A DNA stretch of 64,000 nucleotides, taken from contig NW_027271355.1 of NCBI RefSeq assembly GCF_040938485.1, positions 558,001-622,000 of the forward strand, given 5' to 3'. How positions within the stretch are numbered: position 1 is the first letter of the stretch; every line of letters begins with the position of its first letter. Positions 47,047 to 59,087 of the stretch are shown one piece after another. Source of the stretch: Diadema antillarum (taxonomy: Eukaryota). Below the pieces are notes generated by a model. That model made no database searches, was not told where the DNA came from, and saw nothing but the letters and a program-made list of their open reading frames with translations. The translations under genes were made by a program, and so were the position numbers.

Positions 47047-50000
47047 CTGTATCACGCAACACAGAAGTTAAACAAGATTGCACTTTAAAGGGATGGTATA
47101 GTATTGGTGGAGATGAGGACTGAGCTTTCAACTTTTTTGCGAGATACCAAGAAATCACTTATGAAATAGTACAAAGCACACCATTCTAAGAGGTATTCAA
47201 AGTTTATTAGCTGAAAATCGGATTTTAGAATGGCTGAGACATCTAAAAACAAAGTAAAACAAAGCAATCATAACAACAGGTCGTCCCACCTTTTATCAAG
47301 ATCGCTCTGTTTTGGATATCTCAGCCATTTCAAAACAAATTTTCACCAATTAAATGGTGAATTCCTCTTGGAATTACATGCTTTTTCATATTTCATTAGA
47401 GGTTTCTTGTTATCTCAACAAAAATGTTAGAAAGGTGTGAAGTTACGTCTTTACCAAAACTATACGATCCCTTCAAGCTTGCAAACCTCAATCCTATTAG
47501 TTACAACTTTTCACAGATACGAAAGTATTTATGCCGTGAATATGCAAAAGAAATGTTGCAATGAAACATAAGGCAAGTGCTTTATATCAATTTAATGACT
47601 AAAATATAGAGGAAAAGGGGGAGGGTAGAAATACTGGCATGTCATGATGCCACTTAATTTCCATTTAATTAAAATTTAAGTTGTTTATTTGTCTGAGTAT
47701 TACACAATTGCTTTAATGCTACATGAACATTTTGCAGGTGCATACATTTGTATTTTAAAAAAAAAATGTTCATATCACAAATTTCGAGAACTATGCCATT
47801 ATTTGACAAAATAGATGAATTAAGTTTCGGTAATACAATTTACCCATCCTGTAACAGCAACTTCTGCTACATATACACATTTGAACTGCGTGGCATTCTG
47901 TGGTGATGCAACTGCTATGAATGCTTTGCAATATCGACCTTCAGACTCACCTCGTCACACTCTCCTCGCACCATTGCACGAATCGCCTTCTTGACCAGAC
48001 TTGAACCTGACAGTGTAACCATGGAAACAGTTTACATCAGAGCAATGCCATTGAAATTCTTGACTCACCAACATCATGCATGGACACATCAAGGCACTCA
48101 AGTTTGATCAACCTTACCCTCTGCTAAACTATTCCACGGTTGCACCCTGCAAAAAGCCTATGTCTTCTGACAAAGCAGGCAATCCATTCATGACTAAAAT
48201 CATCCATTGCCATGTGCTCATTGAAACATCTCATTTCCTGCTCTCCAGACATGCTTTGACTATTAAAGACTCAACACTTAAAGTTCAATCTATCTCCTCA
48301 AATAGCCCACTTAAAGTCTCAATGGTTCAAATAAGGCAACAAAGTTAGGTAAAACTAATCCTGGCAAGAGAATTGAAAGATACCCAACTTAGACCCCGTT
48401 TACAGTGCGGGACTGGGCCGAGCCGCGGCCGAGCCCAGCCTCAATTGCGGGGCCGAGCCCCGCAATTTTGTCCGTTTACATTGCCGGGCTCGGCCGCGCT
48501 TTTAATTCAAACCTTTCAATATTTTGTCATAGTGGCGCTCTGCTTGCAAACAAATGCAATTTGGCATAGTCTGGTTTTCAGACCCTTTGCCAACTGGATT
48601 CCGCGGCCGGGCAAAGGCCGTTGCCGAAGGAAAAATCCTTTGCAGGACAAAACCACTTTAAACTATACTGGTTTTCGACGTTGAGGGGGTTAATATCCTG
48701 AATAGCGAAATAGTACAGGCAGAGGGTTTGGAAGCCAGACTAAAACTGGCCGCGTATTTGGCCCAGCTTGCGTTTACATTGAGAAAAGGCCAGGCTCGGC
48801 CGCGGCTCGGCCAAGGCCGAGACCACCTCCAGAGCGAGGCCAAATGCGCGGCCAATTTTGGCCTCGCATTTGGCCTTTTGCGCGTTTACACTGAAATGAA
48901 GGTGGGCTCGGCCGAGCCTCGCACTGTAAACGGGGTCAAAGTAAGTAAGAGATTCTTTATGACCAAAGAAAACATGAAAATGTGTAATTATGAAATTCAA
49001 CATGATGGATGCATACAAAATGACTCGAGTTATTCATGCACAAATTCACCAGAGTCTGCGAGTCAACTCACACAATCATCCTACTTAGACATACTTGTAC
49101 TGCAGTCTACAAACTGAAGACATGAACTCATGTACAATGTAGGCAAATGCTGTATGTTTATTAAACTTTTATGAGCTTACAAGAAAATTCTACTGTGGTG
49201 AAAATTTATCAGAGTATGCGTCGGAAAAAAAAGAGCAAATTGTTTCTCCTCACCTAATTTCTTTTTCCTGAAGTCCTCATCAACGGCCAGCATGGCAATG
49301 TACCCTCTCCTGACCATCTTTTTGTGTACGTCCAGCTTGCAGACGATGGCTCCTACACACTGCGATCCATGCATGGCCTTTGTGGAAAGAAGCAAGACAT
49401 CACACATCAGTTTGACTGATGACCTCTGCCATCTTCCTAGCACACCATGTCTCATTGAGTTATGACTGATACCACTTGTTCATTATATATTGCTACATGT
49501 ATTCTTCATGAGACAGAGGCCTACGTGGAAATCATTAGTGCTCTTTGGCTACGAGTCTGTTTTGCTATTTTTGCTTTGGAAAGGATCGACAGGTGTTGTA
49601 AAAAATGTCTAATACTAAACATGGTGTTTTTACTGAAATCATATTCCATCCTCAGTCTTCAGAACAGCCTACACACAAAGACTGGAGTTCAAATTCTTTC
49701 CTATTTAAATATAGGAAAAAACAACAACAACATGAAGACAGAAGACCAGTAATGTTCAGTAATGTTGTCATGATTTGTCAGGTTGATAATAATGATATCA
49801 ATCACTACCCATAAGACTTATAGCAGGGCTCGACACTAACAGTGGCCCGCGGCCACCAAAAATGCATGTAGGGCCACCCAAAAGAGTCGGATGTTTGTCG
49901 GTAACAATCAGCTCCGTAAGATGCTAAAATAAATGTAAGATGTTTGCTTTTAATTTTGGAAATGAATAACGGTAATATTCGACTCTGTATGATACTAAAA

Positions 50001-53000
50001 ATAAAAGTTAGTGTGGAGCCCTGCTTATAGCAATATGAATAAACCTAAAACCAATAGCATGTTTCTGCAATATACTGCTTCAGTAAGACATACTAGTAAT
50101 CTGGAATGAAGACTGTCCTCTTTTCATTCTCATATGTAGTATGCATTAGACCAATTTCATGATCCAGTACCACATTTTTCCTACAGGTAAAAAACGCCTC
50201 TAAATGGAAAAGATTACAAATGACACAAAATGAAACAACACAGAATAATTTAATAAATGATTCAAGGAATCCCAAATACACACACCCCTTGACAAGGGCA
50301 GCCAAATTCATAATGATAAATGAGAATACTTTCTGCACAGTTCATAAAATACTAGATATAGCAACATAAAGCTGGACCTTATCATGACCACAGTAAAATT
50401 GAACAATGGTCACCTCAATTTTTTATTCATATCCCTACTGGCCTTACATGACATTCGTTTGAATACTAACTACTTCGAAGGTTCTCCCAAAAGACCTGAC
50501 ACAGTGTGTGAAAAAATGGGAATGATGGAGACTCTCTTTGAGGCATGGATTAGTCATCTTGTAATTGAATCTTCATACCATCAAAGGTGCTAGATATGGT
50601 TTCTTGCACATCTCCCATACAAATGAAATAATCCCTCATCTGAAGGCATAACCCAGCCTTCAATAAGTATCGGGACCACACTTGCCTTAAAAAAAAAGGG
50701 GCCTTCTAAGTCCAGTAATACACTTTTTTCCCATTAAATATACTTACTCTTAGAAGTCTACTCTAATCAATTACACTTTTTGTAATACACCATCAGGACA
50801 GAGAGAGAAAGATATGACATGGAGGAAATGTGATGTAGAATTATGCGCATACAAGATTTGACTGTCAATGCATCCCATCAATCAAATTTTCTACTGCACA
50901 GAGGTTCTACAGTACAACCCGTAGCATTCTGAGTTCCTACATGACATAACACAGCAAATTGTGCAACACTTTCTATAAAATGATAATGCTTATAAAGTAA
51001 CGATAACAGTAACAACAATAGTAATAGTAGTGGTAGGAGTAGTAGTAGTAGTAGCAGTAGTGATAATACTGGTAATGATAATAATAATAATAATGATAAT
51101 AATAATAATAATAATGATAATAATAACAACAGAATAGCAATACTGCAGCACTTTTAAGATAATAAGGAAACTCTATGGTCCAGCTTTTCTCTGTCATTTT
51201 GCATCCAAAAAGAAATACTGTAACATGGATCGGGAGGGCATGGGAAGGGAGGGAGATGTTTTGGGGAGGGAAGGCACAACAACATAAAAGCAGTTGTAAC
51301 AGTTTACTGCATTGCTAGGGACCATGCTTCACATCTACAGCATCTACATAGGCTGTTCCTTGCCTCATTTTGGCATTAGTATTCAACATGCTGTGGGTGG
51401 AGAACAAGATGTATTTCTTCCATGTGTTTATGATTACTTCTATTCAAATGTATCCTGTGGTAATAATGTTCAGCTGGAGTATGACCTACAGCATAATCAA
51501 TTCCTTGCTAGCTGACCTGGAATGATGGCAGGATTAAAATAGTCCCAAATGTACTGAGCAAATGACACAGATAATAGAAAGGCATTTAGATCATTGTGCT
51601 GTCAGGTATCCTGTAAAAATCTATAGACTAAACTGGAATCAGGAAATGAATTCCAAGGCAATGTGGATGTTGGCAAGTGTGCAAACCCAGGAGAAAATAT
51701 AAAGAAACAATCAAAATGAAAATTGAGCAAAGATTTGTATTTAGGTCAGGAGTAGACTTGTGAGGCTATGACATCTAATCTAAAGTACAAATGTACATAA
51801 ATATACTCATAGATGACAGCAGGCTGGTGAAAATTGGAGGAATATCAAGCAATCTGGGTTTTGTTCTACTAGTCATCTGACTATGGTGTTTCTGATCCTT
51901 TGTGTTACACAGTTTTGTCATAATGAATTGAATATGACCAGCTAAATAGCATTTTCTTTTAATTTGCTTGGAAGTTCTGACTTCCTCTGTTGTGTGAGAA
52001 ATGCAAGAAGATAGTGTCCAAAGTCTTGATTAGAGTCATGGAGTATTTAAATCTTTCTTATGAGTAAAAAGTGAAATTCGTGATTTATCTCAGACAAAGC
52101 ACTGAAGGAATGCCATGCAAGTGACACATGAAATCGTTTAATACAACGGATGTGTCGCTTTTTTGTTCAGATGCTTGTTGGACGGTAATCTTAGTCAAAT
52201 TACTGAATGTCATGTCTTCCTTTAGAACACCTCATCACATACATTATTTTGCTTACTTTAAAATCAATTATTGCTTCTCTTTCATTATTTTCATTGAAAA
52301 CAATTCCTTGATTGGGAGACATTTTCCTTTAAGCATCTCATGGGATCATTTTCAAAAGAAGCAACGACTGTCATTCCCTGGCACACAGTAAGATATATTT
52401 CAAATCATCTAATGGGACATCAGACACCACTCTGGCAGCAGCCCATGGCTTATATGTTCATTTGCATTCAAATTTATGCACACATCTGGATACACTCTTG
52501 AAATGCACAAATTCATGCCAAGCAGGGTTCTCATGAGTGAATTTCCTGCCATAATATCTGTCGCCAAAAATTGTGTAAGCTGATGACAGGTTGACCTCTT
52601 TTCTGTCTTTCTCTTATTTTCCCCTTTACATTATGTCTCGTAAAATGCCCAAACTCCAAATGGCACACATGACAATATACAATCTTTGTATGAAGCATTA
52701 AACATAATATTCATTCAAATCTCTTTAAATTGTCCCTTCAAAAATACATAAGCCTGGGCATTTCAACTTCAGCTGAGTTTCAGGATAGATATTACCTTGA
52801 TACAACCAAATCTTCTTTGGTGTCCCTATCAAATTGCATACATGTCATGAAACAAAACTGGGATAACTTCTTCAGGGGCACTACAATCACACTTCTTCAT
52901 CCTGATTAAGGTTTAAACACGATGTACAATGTAATCTCAAGGCATACTACTGGATTATTGAGATGATGCTTGAATTCAGTGTTTTGGCCCTCTTGAGCTT

Positions 53001-56000
53001 GGCCCCTAGTTAACAATGGGGACCCTCTGTACCTTTTTAATGACAATACACCCTTGCATGTTTGTACAGTATTCCCTACTAAACCTGATTGAGTTTTTTG
53101 AAGACAAATGACAATGAATGAAAGTGTTAATTTTGGGATTAATTTTTCCAGGGAGACCTAGTGGGGCCACTCCTGGAACTACCAAGAACCAACACCTGTA
53201 CAATTCATCAACTTTTTATCTCCTGCCTGACAAAATGATTCTAAAATTTAAAGCTACAGCTTATCACTGGGAGCAGTGATTTCAAAAATGTTCAAGTTAT
53301 CACATTTGATTCAAATGTGTAGTTCAGCTGTGTCACAAAACATCCTACCATATAAAAATCATGCAATAAAACCTAAAAGAGGGGATATCACTATTTTTCT
53401 CAATAAACCATAACTGTAGACGGTTTAGTCTAGAAACAATCTTATTGTATCTATTATTCACATTGTGAATATTTAACAATACTTTACATTGATTATCCTG
53501 ATTAACATTTTTATATTGGTTGTTTCTAACCCTAACTCACATTTTAGAACTATTTTGAAGTGCAAAGCTGGATTTTGTTTTGTAAATGGTATTTATGAAA
53601 CAAAATTTTGTTTTGTAAATAGTTTTGTAAATGATTTTGTTTTGTAAATGGTAAATAATGCCTTTGACCACCAATACTAACTTGGTACCCCTTTGCATGC
53701 TAAACCAGGACATTGCTGTGAACGACTTGTGTAGTTTGCTTGTAAAACATCTAGTTATGTATTATGATTTCATTTGCATTCTTTCTGGATTTCTTGCAAG
53801 AATATCTCATATGACACCTCAATTTGTGCACCAAAGATCATGTTACTCAACAGCATTTGGATCTTACATTGTACATGTACCATCTACTGTCAATCACCAC
53901 AAAACATGTTCTTATACTATACTCTCCAAATTATGCATAATTCAGGGTGCTACATAACTTTATTTTACCACTTGCCCGGTCGGGCAAGCAGATTTTCCAA
54001 TTTGCTGTGAAACACTTGCCCGAATAATAATTTTACTTGCCTGAAAAGAAAGTCAAAAATATAAGGAAATAATATAGAAAATCATGTGTAAGTCAAGGGC
54101 TTAATAAAACACTATCACTTGAATAAACAGCACAACAAACATAGTCTGATCAAGTGTTGCCGTTGAAATGCATTGGGGCTTCTTCACGTAAGTGTTGGAA
54201 AGTTGCTGAAATGATGTGTTGCATCACTAAACAGCCATTATTGTTGGGCAGGGCTCGACACTAACGGTGGCCCGGGGCCACCAAAAACGCACGTCGGGCC
54301 ACCAAAATATCAGAAATGAAGATTTTGGTGGCCCGATTGGGCCACCAAAAAAAGTCGGATGTTTGCCTTTAATTTTGGAAATGAACGGCGATAATAATTG
54401 GCTCCGTGAAGATGCTAAAATAAATGTCAATGTTTGCTTTTTATTTTAGAAATGAATAACGGTAATATTCGACTCCGTATGATACTAAAATAAATGTAGG
54501 ATGTTTGCTTACACTTTTCGAAATGAATAACAGTAACATTCAGCTCTGTATGGTGCTAAAATTAATATCAGATATTTGATTTTACTTTCGGAAATGAATA
54601 GGGATAGCATTCAGCTCCGTAAGATGCTAAAATAAATGTCGGTTATTTGCTTTTACATTTGAAAATGATAAACGGTAACAGTCGGCTCCATAAGGTGCTA
54701 AAATACTAGTAAATGTTGGATGATTGCTTTTACAATCAGAAATGAATAACGGTAACTTTCGGCTCTTTACAATGCTAAAACAAATGTCGGATGTTTACAA
54801 GTGTCTGTAAATGCTCCCACTTTCTCATTTCAAACGGAAGTTTTGACCACGAAAATAGCATAAAATTTCAATATAATCTATAAGCCTATTTGCTAAATCT
54901 TTGAACTCAGAATAACGGTAAGATGATTGAATTTTCTATGCACTTATTTTGGACATGGGTACCTGTATTACTTCATTAATGCTTAATATTTATGTTTCTA
55001 CGCTTATATAGTAGGACCGATTTAGTTTTTTTTAAAAATGTTTTTCTTGATTTCTTTTTTGGGGCCACCTGATATTACTTTCGGGCCACCAAAAATAAAA
55101 GTTAGTGTCGAGCCCTGTTGGGCTTCTGTATGGTTGACTTTGTGGGTTTGTTGGGGGTAATAGTGAAAAAACGGTGTCTTCAAAACTTTTTTGCTTGCCC
55201 AACTCGGGCAAGTATTTGTTCTCATCGTTCAAAAACACTTGCCCGAATTTGATTTTCACTTGCCCCGGGCAATCGGGCAAGTGCTTATGTAGCACCCTGT
55301 AATTGTGTCATGGTCACTTAATCCTTGACTTTGGAGGTTACTTCCTCAATAGCATTCACAGACAGATACCAGCTAACACTACTAATGACAACAGACACTC
55401 AGTAATACCACCAACATAATCCTATGTACAATATGAGGTTGAGGGGGGGGGGGGGGAAGAGATGTCAACTCTGCCCAAAATCTTTAACTTAATGGAGTCA
55501 CAAGGATTTGCTTTTGAAAAGGAAGCAAAAAAATCCCCACCTATAGTATGTTTTACTAATTTTTTTGTTTGTTTGATTTTATGGAGATACTGATTTGATA
55601 ATATGTCAAAAGTGAAACATTCTTCCTGTGCCTGTTACCACAAGTTTTCTATGATACCATTTTGGGTATACATACACTGTAACTGAATTTATTGCACTCA
55701 GCTTTTTTGTCTTCCTGCATGAGGTACTGAAACTGTTTTTATGTGATCTACACCATGTCGATATTGGCCTAGGCCATATACATGTACGTGTAGCTGTACA
55801 GTCACTAACATTGCAATATGGATTATGTGGTGCACTGTATTCAAGGTTGCCATCAATGAAGGCTGCCACAAGAATACAAATGTATCACAAAGGGACCTCA
55901 AGTGTGCCTGTACATGATTGATTGCAGAACACCTCATGGGAAACTTCACATACATGATCAATGTGTATACATTCTGTGTTGCTTTTTATTATTGCACATA

Positions 56001-58628
56001 CAGTTTTTAAATTTGAATTTATAAGCTTAAAATCAATATGCCTAAAATTTACATGGCAAAACATTCTCACATATTTTGCATTCTTTATAATCAAAGTGAG
56101 GTTTCAGAAAAAAAAAGGAGAGTTTTGTTAGTCTGATATAATGCTATAATATGTATCTGTACAGTCAGTACATGATTTACGTTGGTTCACTTTAACCCTT
56201 GATATGTTTACTGATTAGCACACATTGTGCTGGAGTGCTTTCTTCCCCGATTGAGGCACAGACTTCTGGAAACTAACTTATAAATTGGTTAATTGTCAAA
56301 GAATAGAGATTACCTAATCCCCCTAATCTCTACTGTGACAGCATGGCTTTCCTGCTCAACTGAGGCACATTGTTACACCTGAGTGGGTTAACTAATCTAC
56401 AACTAAGTAAAGTTTGGATAGATTAATGAATGTACTACGTGCTTGGGCACATGAAGGGTTAAGGACTAAATCTAGACATGCAAATATAAACCCATCACTT
56501 GAAAGAAGTAGTTCACTGGGCTTAGTATCATTCAGTCCTACTGTACTTTCGTGTAAAATGCCACTTACTTATATACTGAACTAACAATAACATATGATAA
56601 GTGATTTTTTTTTTTTTTAATGGAAAGCTTTCATAGTTTTATCTTCAGTCACATGCCAAGCTGTCAAGATGTTTGGATATCATATAGCACTGCACACCAC
56701 TTATGTCTTATGATTTCTTCATTGCATTTTAACATCAGTGTCTTGAAATTGAAACGGCAAGGCAGGCACCAAGACCAAAAAAAAAAAAACACCTATCGAA
56801 GAAAGTATTATTTACTACATAATATAGAAAAGGACACAATGGATGGAAGGCAACAGATCAAAGGAAATTTGAACAGAAATGACAAATAAGAAAGCTCTTA
56901 CCATTTGAATATCAATATTCTCCTTGAATATGGAATCATAACACTACTGCACAACACTGCATTAAACAACCCAGTCACTCACATGATTGTAATACTTGTA
57001 CCATGTTTGGCATCATTCACAATAAAAATGGAAATCTGACTTTCTTAATGTATTGGGGATTCCTTGCTGTAGGAATGAGCAGGAGCGCAATGTCTGCAAT
57101 ATGCAATTTAGTCATATAGCCATAAAAATGAAAAAAAAGAAGAAAAAATGAAAATAATGGAAGTGGCATATACCTACTATTTTATGAATGAAAATGATGA
57201 CTACTGTACTATAAAAGTGGAAATTTTCATGCATTTCACGCTTTACAGTTCTATCAATATATCCACAGGGTGTCATATCAGGTCATTTGTAGACTTGAAT
57301 TCATTCTCTTCTCAACATTTGCTTATTTTTAATCTTTTTGTAAAGCTATTTGTTATGACTGCTTCATTACCTTCATTACAGCAAAGGTCTTCTTTGGCAC
57401 TTAATTCCCTTGTACAGAATAAGTCTATTGTACAAAGGAGCTTATGAAGCTCCTTGATTGTATCTTCAACACATACAATTGTGTGGTAAACTGTTTGCCA
57501 TATGTACTGTACATTTATGAAAAAGGGGGATTTTAGTAATGACTTTAGTACAAATGACTGTATGTGGAGCAAACACAAACACCCCCCCCCCCCCAAAAAA
57601 AAAAAGAAGAGAATAATACTGCATGGAGAGTCCAGTATACATGTATAGTGAATTGTCTGAATGAATTTATAGCTCTTTCTTTATCTGCAGTTGCTTGGGT
57701 GGCTGCACAGAGCTCATCCTTTTAAAACCATTGTTACAACTAAAGTGTCAAATTTGACAAATGATTTACAAGCAGATAATTATAATGTATTCAAACAGCT
57801 ACAGCATGTATTACTTTTGATATAACCACTTACCACAAAGCAAAGATTCGGCCAATTGTGGATGAAGTATCTATAGGTGTAGATGGAGTATGGCTCAGAA
57901 AGATCTTTTGTTATTAGTCTTATGATGTCGGGCATCTGCAGTTCTGATTCATAAGGTACTAGTCTGACCTCAGAGTCATCAAATGCAATGGTATCAATGT
58001 CATCGTCATTCGGTGGTAGCTTGGTTGCAGCATAATGGCATTCGTCATGGTAACCAAGCACAAAGTCTGAGAGCGAGGATGGCAGTTCATCCTCATCCTC
58101 CGAGTTACACTTGGCAATGGCTAGCGACTCCTCAATGCCCCCGTCGCGACTTGACGGATCCAAAGGCACATCTAGATCCCCATTGGGAGACTCGAGCTGG
58201 GAGCGGGGGCTTTCATCCTCCACGCCAAAGTTTGCCACCATTTGTGTCAGTGCTGCCAGTGGTTCAGACACATGGTTTTCCACCTGATTGTTCATGTGGC
58301 CATCAGTATCTTTGTGAATCACATCAGTAGCAGTCCTTCGTGAATCTTTGTCAGCTGCAATACTGATGCCTCCCTGCTTTTGATCATTACCTTCTTGATG
58401 AAGGTTGCTTGTGTGAATGCCATTACTACTTGATTTGTCTTTTCGACGTCCCTGTCTTTTCTTTCCTTTTTTCTTTGTGGACGTTTGACTGCTTGCATCA
58501 AACTCCTTGTCCTGTATATGGTTCTTTCTGGAGTCACATGCCACTCCATTGGGTCCATGGTTTGCTATGTGAGGTGACTTCACTGTTGCTTCCACACATG
58601 TTAACCCAGGCTCAGCAGCGGCTGCCAT
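46909..58628 (-). CDS. NAA30: N-alpha-acetyltransferase 30, NatC catalytic subunit (GNAT), 370 aa
   Basis: complement join(58628-57834, 49377-49254, 48006-47951, 47046-46909) = 1113 nt with matching phases. Motifs [96 protein letters not shown]. Confidence 0.97.
47085..47476. mobile_element. TTAA-flanked Kolobok-type MITE, copy 2
   Basis: TTAA|AGGGATGGTATAGTATTGG ... CCAAAACTATACGATCCCT|TCAA. Confidence 0.85.
47951..48006 (-). CDS. NAA30: NAA30 56-nt coding exon
   Basis: (G)[18 protein letters not shown]; CAG| and |GTGAGT. Confidence 0.96.
48392..48937. mobile_element. GC-rich MITE with 18-bp terminal inverted repeats (TIRs) and many subterminal GGCCGAGCC/GGCTCGGCC motifs
   Basis: GACCCCGTTTACAGTGCG ... 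CGCACTGTAAACGGGGTC; left flank TTA, right flank AAA. Confidence 0.88.
49254..49377 (-). CDS. NAA30: NAA30 124-nt coding exon
   Basis: [41 protein letters not shown]. Confidence 0.97.
49824..50023. mobile_element. Short MITE of the CAGGGCTCGACAC family (7-bp TSD CTTATAG)
   Basis: CAGGGCTCGACACTAAC ... GTTAGTGTGGAGCCCTG with CTTATAG on both flanks; shares its internal ~70-bp unit with 54249-55117. Confidence 0.88.
50995..51130. repeat. Compound (TAA/TAG/TGA)n microsatellite
   Basis: Seen directly. Confidence 0.85.
54249..55117. mobile_element. Nested MITE of the CAGGGCTCGACAC family with an internal ~70-bp minisatellite
   Basis: 17-bp perfect TIR CAGGGCTCGACACTAAC/GTTAGTGTCGAGCCCTG; TTGGG on both flanks; subterminal GGGCCACC motifs. 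Confidence 0.92.
54359..54790 (+). repeat. ~70-bp tandem repeat, about 6 diverged units
   Basis: Unit approx. GGATGTTTGCTTTTA-TTTTGGAAATGAATAACGGTAA-ATTCGGCTCCGTA-GATGCTAAAATAAATGTC. Confidence 0.9.
56192..56462. mobile_element. Candidate piggyBac-type MITE
   Basis: TTAA|CCCTTGATATG ... CACATGAAGGG|TTAA; TIR match 9/11. Confidence 0.5.
57202..57249. mobile_element. Internally deleted copy of the TACTGTAAAAGTGGA MITE
   Basis: Left end matches 59565 (AAAAGTGGAAATTTTCATGCATTTC) and is joined to CTTTACAGT. Confidence 0.6.
57834..58628 (-). CDS. NAA30: NAA30 first coding exon (long disordered N-terminus and start of the GNAT domain)
   Basis: MAAAAEPG...NWPNLCFV|GTAAGT; acceptor just upstream at 58659-58660. 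Confidence 0.93.
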
Positions 58629-59087
58629 GTTCGACCAGTTGTGCTTAAACACCTGCTGCTGTAAAGAAGAAAACAAATTTAATCAGATTTTGCATTATTC
58701 AAACATCTAATTTTAAAACAAAAAACTCACAAAACTCTCCTCTTGTACTGGGATTTTGGTGAATTGTTTCTTAATGTATCTTAGCATTAAGCACATGTGT
58801 ATAAAAATATGAAATGAAGCAGGTTCTTTGATCACCAAATGTGAAACAAAATACAACAAATTTACAAAAATAGACACGAAGAGCAAAATCATCAATTTGA
58901 AATGGAACGTTGCAATGCACGGCATAGATATTGCAAAGACAGAGGCAGAGTCTGCATTCAAAGTACTGTACTAAAAGAGATTTGGTACAAGAAATAAACA
59001 AGGTACAATGCACAGTAATGCAAAAGTAAGGATGATATTGATTCTGAATATCAAGTATATCTAAAGATTGTATACATCTGAACAAGG

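Larger units (their letters stand above)
53943..55299. mobile_element. Outer non-autonomous DNA transposon (CAGGGTGCTACATAA TIR, 5-bp TSD TAATT) carrying a nested insertion
   Basis: 15-bp perfect TIR CAGGGTGCTACATAA/TTATGTAGCACCCTG; TAATT on both flanks; subterminal ACTTGCCC/GGGCAAG repeats at both ends. Confidence 0.9.

Noticed and set aside
48373-49117. GC-rich ORFs of 90-129 aa
   Set aside because: They derive from the palindromic MITE and show no transposase or other domain motifs.
50878-51197. Poly-Leu/poly-Tyr ORFs (similar ones at 26924-27182, 19693-20083, 40252-40440)
   Set aside because: Translations of microsatellites.
54359-54790. Regularly spaced repeats resembling a CRISPR array
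   Set aside because: The units are contiguous diverged tandem copies with no unique spacers, there are no cas genes, and the array sits inside a eukaryotic MITE.
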